A stretch of DNA of 64,000 nt from an uncultured Planctomycetota bacterium (GTDB lineage Bacteria; Planctomycetota; Planctomycetia; Isosphaerales; Isosphaeraceae), in contig CAWGMQ010000003.1 of NCBI GenBank assembly GCA_963823665.1, positions 1,344,001 through 1,408,000 of the forward strand. The letters run 5' to 3'. Below the pieces are notes generated by a model that did not search any database, was not told the DNA's origin, and saw only the letters and a list, made by a program, of their open reading frames with translations. Below, piece by piece: positions 33,949 to 43,668 of the stretch (position 1 is its first letter; every line of letters starts with the position of its first letter). The position numbers were made by a program, and so were the translations under genes.

Positions 33949-35543
33949 GTGAAGAGACTAGTGGCTCCCGAGGGTACTCTGTCATGCGCGCTACGGTTGC
34001 GGTTTTGCCTTCTGCTTGCAGTCGGGTTCGGATCGGGTCTGGTGGCGCTCGGGGACGAGGGGCAGGACGGCAAGAAGAGCGATGCGGCCGCTCCGGCGAA
34101 GAAGGAGTCAACCGGGGGCGCAGCGGCTGAGGGTGCCAATCAAACCGTGAAGAAAGCGGATCCGGCGAAGAAGGCCGATTTGACGAAAGGCGAAGAGAAG
34201 AAGGACGCGACCGCCGCGCCGGCAGCGGGGAAGCCTGTGAGCTTCATTCGCGACGTGGCACCGATTCTGGTCGAGAACTGCATCGCCTGCCACAACCCAC
34301 GAAAAGTCAGAGAGCAAGTATGTGATGACGACCTTCACGCAGCTTGCCAAGGGCGGGCAGCAGGGAGAGGGGATCACGCTCGAGCCGGGCAAGCCCGATG
34401 AAAGCAACCTGGTGGAATTGATCAGGCCCGACGGCAAACCGCGGATGCCTTACAAGCTTGATCCGTTGCCGCCGGAGAAGATCGCGACGATCGAGCGCTG
34501 GGTATCCGAGGGAGCGAAGTACGACGGAGCCTCGCCCGGCGAGGATTGGACCGTCGTGCTCGCGCAAGAGTCAAAACGTTACGATTCCGGCCGCGTATCC
34601 CGCGACGGTGCCGATCACGGCGCTGGAGTTCAGCCCCGACGGCACGACGATCGCCGCGTCAGGATATCATGAGATCACGTTCTGGAAGACTGCCGACGGC
34701 ACGCTTGAGAGCCGGCTCTCGGGCCTGGCCGAGCGGGTTTACGACATCGCCTACAGCCCTGACGGCAAGTGGATGGCCACGGCCAGCGGCGATCCGGGCG
34801 TTTACGGCGTCGCCAAGCTGTGGCGGAACGAGCCGGGCGGCTGCAAGCCGGTGCGTGACCTGGCCGAGACGCAGGACGTCGTGTTTTCGGTCGCATTCAG
34901 CCCAGACAACAAGAAGATCGCTACCGCCGGGGCTGACCGCACGATCCGGATCTTCGAGGTCGAGACGGGCAAGCTCCTGTCCCAGATCGAAGACCACGCC
35001 GACTGGATCTTCGGGGTGGCATGGAGCCCCGACGGCAAGCGCCTGGCCAGCGCCAGCCGCGACAAGACCGCGAAGGTGTTCGACGTCGAGAAGAAAGAGT
35101 CTCTGGTCACGTTCCCGGGCCACCAGCAGCCGGTATACACCGTGTCGTTCACACGCGACGGAAAGGGAATTGCCACCGGCGGAGAGGACAACCGCATTCG
35201 TGTCTGGAGCCCGGATAACGACGGCAAGCCGATCCGGGACATGGGCGGCTTCGGCGGAACCGTTTTCAAGCTGCGGTACACGGGCGACGGCAAGAGCCTG
35301 GTTGCTTGCTCCGGTGACAAAGCGATCATCGTCTTCAGCGCCACCGGGTCGCAGGTGCGCAAGCTGCAAGGCCACAACGACTGGGTTTACTCGCTGGCGA
35401 TCTCACCAGATGGCAAGACCATCGCGTCGGGGAGCTGGGACGGCGAGGTGAAGCTCTGGAACGCGGCAGACGGCAAGGTGATCCGAAGCTTCATCGCGGC
35501 GCCGGGGTATAAGCCGCCGGCGGCACAGACAGCGGGGCGTTGA
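33949..35543 (+). CDS. Planctomycete cytochrome c domain plus WD40 repeat protein (frameshifts near 34310 and 34565)
   Basis: VSFIRDVAPILVENCIACH (CxxCH), PGKPDESNLV..RMP..IERWVSEGA, then WD40 repeats (HADWIFGVAWSPDG, GHNDWVYSLAISPDG). Confidence 0.85.
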
Positions 35544-35664
35544 AGCGGGCGCATTGCTGGTGGGCGGGTTGCATTCGCTTGCTCACGGCGAGTCGGTCGG
35601 ATCACTGGCGGGTGACGCCTTTCACCCCCCCTGCCCCTTTTCAAGGGAGGGAAAGAGGGGTTCG

Positions 35665-36924
35665 TCACGCGAAGAGCTCGTGGATCGGCTGGCCGCCTTC
35701 AACGAGTGCGAACGGCTCGCCATTTCGCCGGGCGAGGTACCGGCCAGAATCGATGCCCAGGCTGCGATAGATCGATGCCAGCACGTCCTGCGGCGTAACC
35801 GGTCGGTCGACGGGATAGGCCGCGTGCGAGTCGCTTCTGCCCAGCACCTGGCCGCCTTGAATGCCGGCGCCGGCCATGGCGATGCTCCAGACCCCGGGCC
35901 AGTGGTCACGACCGCCGGAGGAGTTCAGGCGCGGAGTGCGGCCGAACTCGCCGGCGGCGACCACGAGTGTGCTTTGCAGACGACCGCGGCGATCGAGGTC
36001 GTCGATCAAGGCCGAAAAGGCGCGATCGAACTCAGGGAGCAACACGCGAGCGTAGTCATCCAAAGAACTGAAGGGCGCCGCGCCGTGGCAGTCCCAGGTA
36101 ACCCGGTTGAAAACCGTATCGAACATGTTGACCGTGACCACGCGGACGCCCGCTTCGACCAGGCGGCGCGCTAGCAAGCAGCTCTGGCCGAACGAGGTGC
36201 GACCGTACTCATCTCGGAGGCGATCTGGCTCACGAGCGATGTCGAAGGGATTTTCGGACAAGGCCTCCGGACTGGCCTCGTTCAAGCTTGCTCGTGCCCG
36301 CACCCTGGCTGCATGCGCGTCGAAGTCTGGGCAGGCCGGGTCCGCGCCCAGGGAAAACGGATCACAGCGCGCGCCGAGCCAGGCGGAGCTCTGTCCATGC
36401 GGGATGTCGATCCCGGTGGCCTTGATGGGCCCGGGTATAAGGGCGAACGCGGGCATGCCGTTTTTGGCTCCGCAGACATGCGCGGTTAACGAGCCGAAGT
36501 GGGGCGTCTCCTCGCCCGCGCGACACAACCTGCCGGTCTGAAGGAGCTGGCAGCCCGTCTCGTGGATCGGGGCCTCATCGTGATACAACGACCGGACGAT
36601 CGCCAGGCGATCCATCCGCACCGCGAGACGCGGTAAGTGTTCGGAAATGCGAACGCCAGGACAGCGCGTCGCAATCGAACCGAACGGTCCCCGCACGTCC
36701 GAGGGCGCATCGGGCTTGGGATCCCATGTTTCAAGCTGGCTCGGCCCACCGACCAATAGCAGCAGAATCACGGACCGCTCTGCCGGCAAATCGAGCGAGG
36801 ACCCACGGGCCAAAGCGGGCGCCAAAGCTCCCAGCCAGCCGAGGCCCAGGCCACCCAGGCGCAAAACGTCGCGCCGACCCAGGTCGAACCGATCCGCACT
36901 GCTGCCGCGGGCGTGTGCACTCAT
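35665..36924 (-). CDS. DUF1501 family protein (planctomycete type, Tat-like signal)
   Basis: GRRDVLRLG; LLLVGGPSQLETWDPKPDAP, ISEHLPRLA, YGRTSFGQSCLLARRLVEAGVR, WDCH, GEFGRTP, GGRDHWP. Confidence 0.92.
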   Translation of the reverse strand: MSAHARGSSADRFDLGRRDVLRLGGLGLGWLGALAPALARGSSLDLPAERSVILLLLVGGPSQLETWDPKPDAPSDVRGPFGSIATRCPGVRISEHLPRLAVRMDRLAIVRSLYHDEAPIHETGCQLLQTGRLCRAGEETPHFGSLTAHVCGAKNGMPAFALIPGPIKATGIDIPHGQSSAWLGARCDPFSLGADPACPDFDAHAARVRARASLNEASPEALSENPFDIAREPDRLRDEYGRTSFGQSCLLARRLVEAGVRVVTVNMFDTVFNRVTWDCHGAAPFSSLDDYARVLLPEFDRAFSALIDDLDRRGRLQSTLVVAAGEFGRTPRLNSSGGRDHWPGVWSIAMAGAGIQGGQVLGRSDSHAAYPVDRPVTPQDVLASIYRSLGIDSGRYLARRNGEPFALVEGGQPIHELFA

Positions 36925-37307
36925 ATCTCGCTCTCCCGGCACGATCTGCCAATCGGCACATCTTAACGCCAGACAGCGACGAGCGACAGGTGGCGTTGTT
37001 CAACAATTCGAGTGGCGAGAACCGAGCAACGTCATAGACTTATCACATAAGTACGAATCGATCTTGAGCTGCTCGCGGGCTTGTGACTGGGATTGCTGGA
37101 CTGGAGGGCCCGCGCCGGGTTGAGGGATTCACGTGACCCTGCCGGTTCTTCCGATTGTAGCGAATATAGGAAATACGCGTAGACTCGGCAAAATCGGTTT
37201 AACTCGGGTTTTGAGTTGAGCCGATAAAATCGTGAGAAGAGGCGTTGGCGTCGAGCGCATAGCGGCGGAATTGGTCGAGCCGGCGTGGCGAAGAGGGATT
37301 GGAAGGC

Positions 37308-38917
37308 ATGGTGAGCAAATATCACCGACGTGGCATGGCGTTGGTTTTTGTGTTGCTCGTGGTGGGGCTTCCGCGTGCGAGGGGGCAGGCGCCGACGATC
37401 GAGGAGAGCGGATTCCTGCTCAAAGGGGCTGCGGGCCTGCCGACGCCGGGCACGATGACCTCGCTCTTGGGGCCGATGCCGGGCTCGAGCGGGATCACAT
37501 TCGGGATGCAGCCGGGACGAGACGACATGATGCTGGGGCGGGTCGGCCTAGGGGCACCGCGCGTGCCGACGTCGATCACCACTCCGGGAGGTGTGTACCA
37601 GGGCCCGCCAAGGTTACAGGGAATTGCCGCGCCTCAACCGGTTCCGATCCCGCCGCCGCTGCGTTACGGCTCGATGGAACTGCCTGTGCAGGAGGATGAG
37701 GGGCCACCCGACGGATTGACGATTGACCGGGCTATCGAGCTGATGATCGAGAGGAACCTGGATCTGCACTCGAAATTCCTGGAGATTCCGCAGGCACGGG
37801 CCGACGTGCTGACGGCGAGCCTGCGAGCCAATCCGATTTTCTACGCGGACAGCCAGCTTGTGCCGTACGGCTCGGATTCCGTGAAGAGGCCGGATGGGCC
37901 GACGCAGTACGACGTGAATTTCTCGCACCCGCTTGACATTTCGCACAAGCGACAGGCGCGAACGGCTTATGCGTCTCGCGCACTCAAAGTGATGGAAGCG
38001 CAGTACCAGAATGAAGTGCGGCTGGCGATTGGCAATCTTTACGGCGCCTATGTCGACGTCTTGATGGCGAGAGCGGCTGTTCGCTATATGCAAGCGAGCC
38101 TGAAGGGGAACGATGAATACGTTCGAGTTACCCAGGGGCTCACAACAAAAGAACCTGACCAGCGCAGACGTCGATCAGGCCATGTCGGAGCGGGAGGTCG
38201 TGGCGGTGGGGCTTCTCGACGCGGAGGAAGCCTTATTGAAGCGGAAGCGGGTGCTTGGCGAGATATTGAACCTGCTGCCCGACGAGGCCGAGAGGCTTGA
38301 GGTGCGGGGAACGCTGGCCGACACCGCTGCCGCCACCGCCGGGGCTCGCCGAGCTGATCCAGCTCGCCGAAGACGTGCGGCCGGACGTGATTTCGTATCG
38401 CCTGGGAATCGAGGCGGCGCTTGCCAATGTCAAGCTGCAACGGGCGAATCGGTTTTCGGACGCGTACTTACTTTATCAACCTTATACATATCAAAATAAT
38501 GCACCTTACGGCAAGCAGAGCGGCACGTCGTGGGCGCTGGGGATCACGGTGCCGCTGCCGGTATACAATCGGAATCAGGGGAACATCGAGCGGGCGCAGA
38601 TCAACGTCACCCAGACGCAACAGCAACTGGCGTTTTTCGAGCGGAAGGTGGTGACCGAGGTGCAGCAGGCCCTAGGCGAGTACGTGACGAGCGGCCGGAT
38701 CGAGCGGCAGATCCGCGAGCGGGTCTTGCCGGGGCTGAAACGCGCCTACGAGAATCGCCAGGATCTATTCAGGGAAGGGGAGAGCACGAAGTTCGTCTTC
38801 CTGGACACCCAGCGCAAGTACAACGACACCGTCAAGGCGTATCTCGATTCCGCGGCGCGGCACCGCCGGAGCATGCTGGATTTGAACACGGTTGTCGGCC
38901 AACGGATCCTGCCGTGA
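37308..38917 (+). CDS. TolC-family (CzcC-like) outer membrane efflux protein (frameshifts near 38145 and 38330)
   Basis: Signal peptide, NLDL...EIPQARADVLTASLRANP, RPDVISYRLG, GITVPLPVYNRNQGNIERA, FREGE...FLDTQR, LNTVVGQRILP. Confidence 0.85.
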
Positions 38918-39067
38918 CGAGCCGAGTGGGGAAAAAAAGGGAGGCCGGCATGGCCCAGCCGGGCCGTGCGGACCTCCTCATGGCGAGCAGCCGTTAACTG
39001 GGCAGTCCGGCTCTCAACGGCTCTTTATACGAGAGAAATGTGAATTGAATAGAACGATTACGGAGGC

Positions 39068-39418
39068 TCAGGCGATCAGGTTCTTGACGACGGCGGCCAG
39101 GTCGGTGCCGGTGTCGGTCAGGCTATAGAAGTTGTTCTTACCCTGGCGGCGGGGAGCGATGATGCCGCCGTGCCGCAGCAGGGCCAGGTGATGGCTGACC
39201 GCGGGCTGGCTCTGGCTAAGCTGGGAGCACAAGGCGCCGACGTGCCGTTCGCCATCGGCCAGGATCAAGATGACCTGGAGACGGGTGGGGTCGCTAACAT
39301 GCTTGAGCAAGATCGAAGCACGGCGGGCGACGTGATACCGCTGTTCCGCCCCGCGGGCCTTGGGTTTGGCACCAGAAGACTTCGGGGCGCTCTTGACGCT
39401 TGTTTTCGCTGCTGCCAT
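39068..39418 (-). CDS. ArsR/SmtB family transcriptional regulator with Lys/Ala/Ser-rich N-terminal tail
   Basis: LKHVSDPTRLQVILILADGERHVGALCSQLSQSQPAVSHHLALLRHGGII..RRQGKNNFYSL. Confidence 0.92.
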   Translation of the reverse strand: MAAAKTSVKSAPKSSGAKPKARGAEQRYHVARRASILLKHVSDPTRLQVILILADGERHVGALCSQLSQSQPAVSHHLALLRHGGIIAPRRQGKNNFYSLTDTGTDLAAVVKNLIA

Positions 39419-39753
39419 GGTTTTTGCCCTCAAGATCGTTGTGAGTAATGCGCGCTGTAAAACATCCGCTGGCCGGCTTTTTCTGGCACGGATCGCGGGA
39501 GACCCTTCAGTGAGACGAGGGCCATCTTCCCCCTCGAATCACCCACTCTCAAACAATAGCGTGGCGTTGCGGCCGGGGAACCTTGACCGAGATCATGGAG
39601 CGGACGTCCGAGCTGCCCGCAACGCTCCCCAGAAAAGCCCTAAGTCAAGAAGCCGCAAATACCAAGGGCCACGTTGATCAATCCACACGTGACCGGAAGC
39701 AACCCTTCAACGACGCTATCACGATCTTGCGCGAACGTATCTCAACGTGGGTG

Positions 39754-39869
39754 GTTGTCGACATCTTAGAGCTTTTCTAAGAACTGTCAACGGTAATCTG
39801 CAATCTTTTATCGCTTTGATCCGTTACACTTGTTCGAGCGAGCGGCTACACATCTTATTACACTTGTAA
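39754..39869. promoter_or_regulatory. AT-rich putative operator region upstream of arsR
   Basis: Imperfect inverted repeat GTTGTCGACATCTTAGA-GCTTT-TCTAAGAACTGTCAAC (39754-39791). TTACACTTGT direct repeat at 39824 and 39858, the second forming the palindrome TTACA-CT-TGTAA. Confidence 0.45.
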
Positions 39870-39953
39870 GACGATTGTGACGTGCTTCCCCAAAGATTTG
39901 CAGAGACAGGTGTTGCAGCGAGAATGCATACTCGCGGCCGATTCGATCACAAT

Positions 39954-40967
39954 TCACGGTTTTGCTGTTCCAGAGGCCGGTGGGATCAGTGAATAAATGG
40001 TCTTCAACAGGTCGACATTTTCCCACTTGTTACGGGCGGTTCCGAGTTCGATCCGGGCGAGTTTGCCTTTCGGATCGATGATCGCCGTGCAGAGGTTGTG
40101 CGCGATTTCGTTTTCGCGAGGTCCATAAAAAAGGCCCAGCGGTGGTCCGATCTTGTTCAATTCCGGGTGCGTGGCCACGGCGAAAATCCACAATGGCGGC
40201 ATCGCGCCGCGAGCCTGCGCGTGCTTGGCGAGGACTTCGGGAGTGTCGTGTTCGGGGTCGAATGAGAGCGAGATGAGGCGAACGTACCGGGCGCGGTCGG
40301 GGATCGCACCGATCCGCTGGGCCAGCTCGGCGAATTTTCGATCCATGAGCGGGCAGAAATCGGGGAGTGGGCAACGTGTATAAATAAACGTAAGTACGAC
40401 AACAGAACCCCGCAGTTCTGAGAGCTTGAGGGGTTTTCCTTCCTGGGTCGTCATCGCAAAGTCGGGGACGGCCTCGCCGAGCTCGAGCATTCTGGGCGCT
40501 TCGCGGAGGCTCACCTTGCCTTTTGAAACGTCGAGAACCATCTGCCGCGGCGCCGGCCGGGCGACGTTCAAGTCACGCAGATCGTAGCTGCTCACGACGC
40601 CGTCAAGCGTCTCGACGTGGAGCGTGCCCACGACTTCATCGCCGGAAGCCAAGCTCTTGAGAAAGGCTCGATCGTCGTAGAAGAACGGCATGGTCATCGC
40701 TTCCATGAAGCCGGGAATCGCCTCGTGCGCGATCATCACGCTTCCCCTCGCGAGATCGACCTTTCTCACAACGCCCTTCAAGGTATAGTCGGTGACCTGC
40801 GTGCCCTTATCTTGTTTTGGCTTCGGCATGGCGGTCGGCGGTGTGGCGGAAGGGACGGATTCGCCGCTCGGTTTTCCGCCGCTGCCACAGCCGGCACTCG
40901 AGCAGACCATCACCAGACACAAGGAAAACAGGAAGAGGCGAAGCATTGCGCGGAGGCCTGCGTTCAT
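39954..40967 (-). CDS. Lipoprotein: CusF-like copper-binding domain fused to SCO1/SenC domain
   Basis: Lipobox-like SSAGC; HEAIPGFMEAMTMPF (CusF-like His/Met); FIYTRCPLPDFCP, SFDPEHDTPEVL, IAHNL (SCO). Start may be 40946. Confidence 0.85.
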   Translation of the reverse strand: MNAGLRAMLRLFLFSLCLVMVCSSAGCGSGGKPSGESVPSATPPTAMPKPKQDKGTQVTDYTLKGVVRKVDLARGSVMIAHEAIPGFMEAMTMPFFYDDRAFLKSLASGDEVVGTLHVETLDGVVSSYDLRDLNVARPAPRQMVLDVSKGKVSLREAPRMLELGEAVPDFAMTTQEGKPLKLSELRGSVVVLTFIYTRCPLPDFCPLMDRKFAELAQRIGAIPDRARYVRLISLSFDPEHDTPEVLAKHAQARGAMPPLWIFAVATHPELNKIGPPLGLFYGPRENEIAHNLCTAIIDPKGKLARIELGTARNKWENVDLLKTIYSLIPPASGTAKP

Positions 40968-41013
40968 GGCAGAGAGGCTCTCGAATGGACAAGCCGGTGC
41001 TCGGTTAGCCTTT

Positions 41014-41781
41014 TCAGAATGGAAACGCGTCGTCGAGTGGGGTCGTCGCAAGCTCGTGGAGGAAGTGGCCGATCCGTTCGACGACCACGGCGGTAAGCTC
41101 TTCCCCTTTTCTTGCCGTGGCGGCTCGAGGGTCGCCGGCGCCCGAGTTGGTCGTGAGCAGGTGCCAGGGCCGCGTGAGCTCGACCCACCCCCGGTTGACC
41201 GCCTCGAAACGGCTGGGGCGAATAGCACCCGGGTCTGCCGTTTCTAGCGCGACCTTATCCGGAAAATGAGCCAGCCCCATGCTCGTCTCCATCTCGCCGG
41301 CGTGGTCGTCATTCCGCTCGAAGATCGTTGAATAGACGTCAGAAGATACCTTGTACCAATTGCACAGGAACAAATGCACCTTCGTCGACAGATGAAGCTC
41401 GCGCAGCACCCATTTCAGGTCGTTGCCGCCGTGCCCGTTCAAGAGCAGGCACCGGAAGATTCTGTGAAGCTCGAGCGAGGCGACCAGGTCGCCGATCACG
41501 CGGGCAACTGTGCTGGGATTGAGGTTCATCGCCAGCGGGAACTTCATCTGGTTGGTCTCGGTGCCGTAAGGCAGCGCGGGCAGAAGCAGCACGCGGGCAC
41601 CCAGGCCGGTGGCCAAGGCGCATGCCTTCTGGGCAATCACCTCGACCTGGAACGTGTCGGTGCCGTACGGGAGGTGAAGATTGTGGGGCTCGGTCGCGCC
41701 CAAGGGGAGCACGGCAGCCTGGAACGGCGGCCTCGACTTCACCTGTGCGTAATTGATGTCTGCAAGCCGCCAGGGGTCCAT
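41014..41781 (-). CDS. Creatininase family amidohydrolase
   Basis: LPLGATEPHNLHLPYGTD, LNGHGGN, DHAGEMETS, GDPRAATARKG. Confidence 0.92.
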   Translation of the reverse strand: MDPWRLADINYAQVKSRPPFQAAVLPLGATEPHNLHLPYGTDTFQVEVIAQKACALATGLGARVLLLPALPYGTETNQMKFPLAMNLNPSTVARVIGDLVASLELHRIFRCLLLNGHGGNDLKWVLRELHLSTKVHLFLCNWYKVSSDVYSTIFERNDDHAGEMETSMGLAHFPDKVALETADPGAIRPSRFEAVNRGWVELTRPWHLLTTNSGAGDPRAATARKGEELTAVVVERIGHFLHELATTPLDDAFPF

Positions 41782-42032
41782 CAAACACCATCCGTCGTCG
41801 GGCCAGAATAATGGATGCGTGAGTGCATTCTGTGATTAACTCTTCGTCGCGAGTGGAGGGCTGGCCGTCCTGGGTGTGGGCCGGCTGACGTGGTGGGGAG
41901 GGTGATACACGGGTGGCCTCTAGGTCCGATGGCCATTGCGAGTGGCGGGGGTGGTCCGTTACGATCTGTTGCGGCCGGGGAAGGCCGGTCCGCACAGCCA
42001 CGAATCAAGTTTATGCAGGGAACGGCGCTCCG

Positions 42033-43263
42033 ATGCAAGCCTTCGAGGCGACGAACTACTATTTCGAGCAGGCTGCGAACTGTCTCGACCTGTCGGAGAA
42101 CGTTCGCACGCTCATGGTCACGCCCGACCGCGAGGTGCGAGTTGAAGTCGTGATCGAGCTGGATTCGGGGAAGATCGGTAACTTCATCGGCTACCGAGTG
42201 CAGCACGATAATGCGCGCGGCCCGTTCAAAGGGGGGCTGCGGTATCACCCGACGGTTGACGAGGACGAGGCCCGGTCGCTGGCGAGCTTGATGACCTGGA
42301 AGACGGCGCTTGTCGATCTGCCGTTCGGCGGAGCCAAGGGGGGCATCAACTGCGACACCACCAAGCTCTCGCGAGGGGAGCTGGAACGGCTCACCCGCAA
42401 GTTCATCGAGAAGATCCACGACATGATCGGGCCGCACAAGGACATTCCGGCTCCCGATATGGGGACGGACGCGCAGGTGATGGCCTGGATCATGAACGAA
42501 TACTCGAAATACGAAGGATTTCACCCGGCGTGCGTCACCGGCAAGCCGGTGGAATTCCACGGGTCGGCGGGCCGGGAGGCGGCGACGGGATTCGGCGTGG
42601 CGATCGTCACACGCGAGATGCTGGCGCGGCTCAAGCGTACGATCTCGGGCACGACGTTCGCGATCCAGGGTTACGGCAACGTGGGCAGCCACACGGCGCG
42701 ATGCCTGGCCCAGATGGGCGGCAAGATCATCGCGGTTTCCGACGCGTACGGTGCGGTGGTGAACCCGGAGGGGCTGGACATCGCCGAACTGGACAAGCAC
42801 GTCGGCCTCTCGCACAAGATCGTCGGCTTCAAGGGAGGCGACGCAACGAGCAACGAGCAGCTCCTGACCATGCCGGTCGACGTGCTGATCCCCGCGGCGC
42901 TCGGGGGTGTGATCGACGCGCGAGCTGGCCAAGGCCGTCAGCGCGAAGATTGTGGTCGAGGCGGCCAACTCGCCGACATGGCCGGAGGCCGATCACGTGT
43001 TCAACGCCCGCGGCATTCCGGTCGTGCCGGACGTGCTCGCCAACGCCGGCGGCGTGATCGTCAGTTATTTCGAGTGGGTGCAGAACCTCCAGCATTTTCG
43101 CTGGCCGCTTGACCAGATTCAGCGCGAGGAGGAACACAAGCTCGTCGAGGCCTTCCGGGAAGTGTACGACCTGGCGCAGCGCAAAGGCGCGACGCTCCGG
43201 ACGGCCGCCTTCATGAAGGCGATCTCACGCGTGGGCCGGGCGCGGATCCTGGGAGGAATGTGA
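42033..43263 (+). CDS. gdhA: Glu/Leu/Phe/Val dehydrogenase (glutamate dehydrogenase; frameshift near 42920)
   Basis: [60 protein letters not shown]; then [27 protein letters not shown]. Confidence 0.92.
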
Positions 43264-43668
43264 CGGCGAGACGGCGAGCCAAACTCTACAGGCCGCGGCC
43301 GCCTAAGTGCTTACGCTTTCGGGGATTACGCTTGCCGTGAATCTTGGCGCGGCGGCCCTTGGCGACCGGTGAGCTGTCGCACCGCTTCCGCCACTTGTAG
43401 CTTTTCCGATTTCGCGATTTGGCCTTCATAACCCTTGCGGTCTCCTGAGAGAGTGATCGAACGGGCCGATCGCTCCTCACCGGTCTGTTGGGACGAAAAG
43501 TCGTATTATGCCGATTGGATTGCCGCGTGTTCAAGGTGAGGCAGGCGGTGATCGCCGCGTCCTGGCGGTTGAATTACAATGACAAGAACACGGGGAGGAG
43601 AGATTCGTAAGGAATACTGTGGTTGTTGTTTCTGGCGGGCGCGGGATCGGCGATCGAAGGGGATTCTT

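Noticed and set aside
37308..38917. TolC as the dedicated outer-membrane channel of the peptide exporter
   Set aside because: It is 9 kb away, separated by unrelated genes, and CzcC-like. Possible in trans, but unsupported by this sequence.
39419..39953. Replication origin
   Set aside because: No clustered TTATCCACA DnaA boxes were seen and there is no dnaA/dnaN context.
41014..41781. Creatininase as an MftE-like RiPP peptidase for the GG peptide
   Set aside because: It is 6 kb away, on the opposite strand, co-oriented with the SCO gene, and no mycofactocin genes are present.
43286..43534. Basic 82-aa minus-strand ORF
   Set aside because: No recognisable family or RBS; it lies in the likely promoter region of the kinase.
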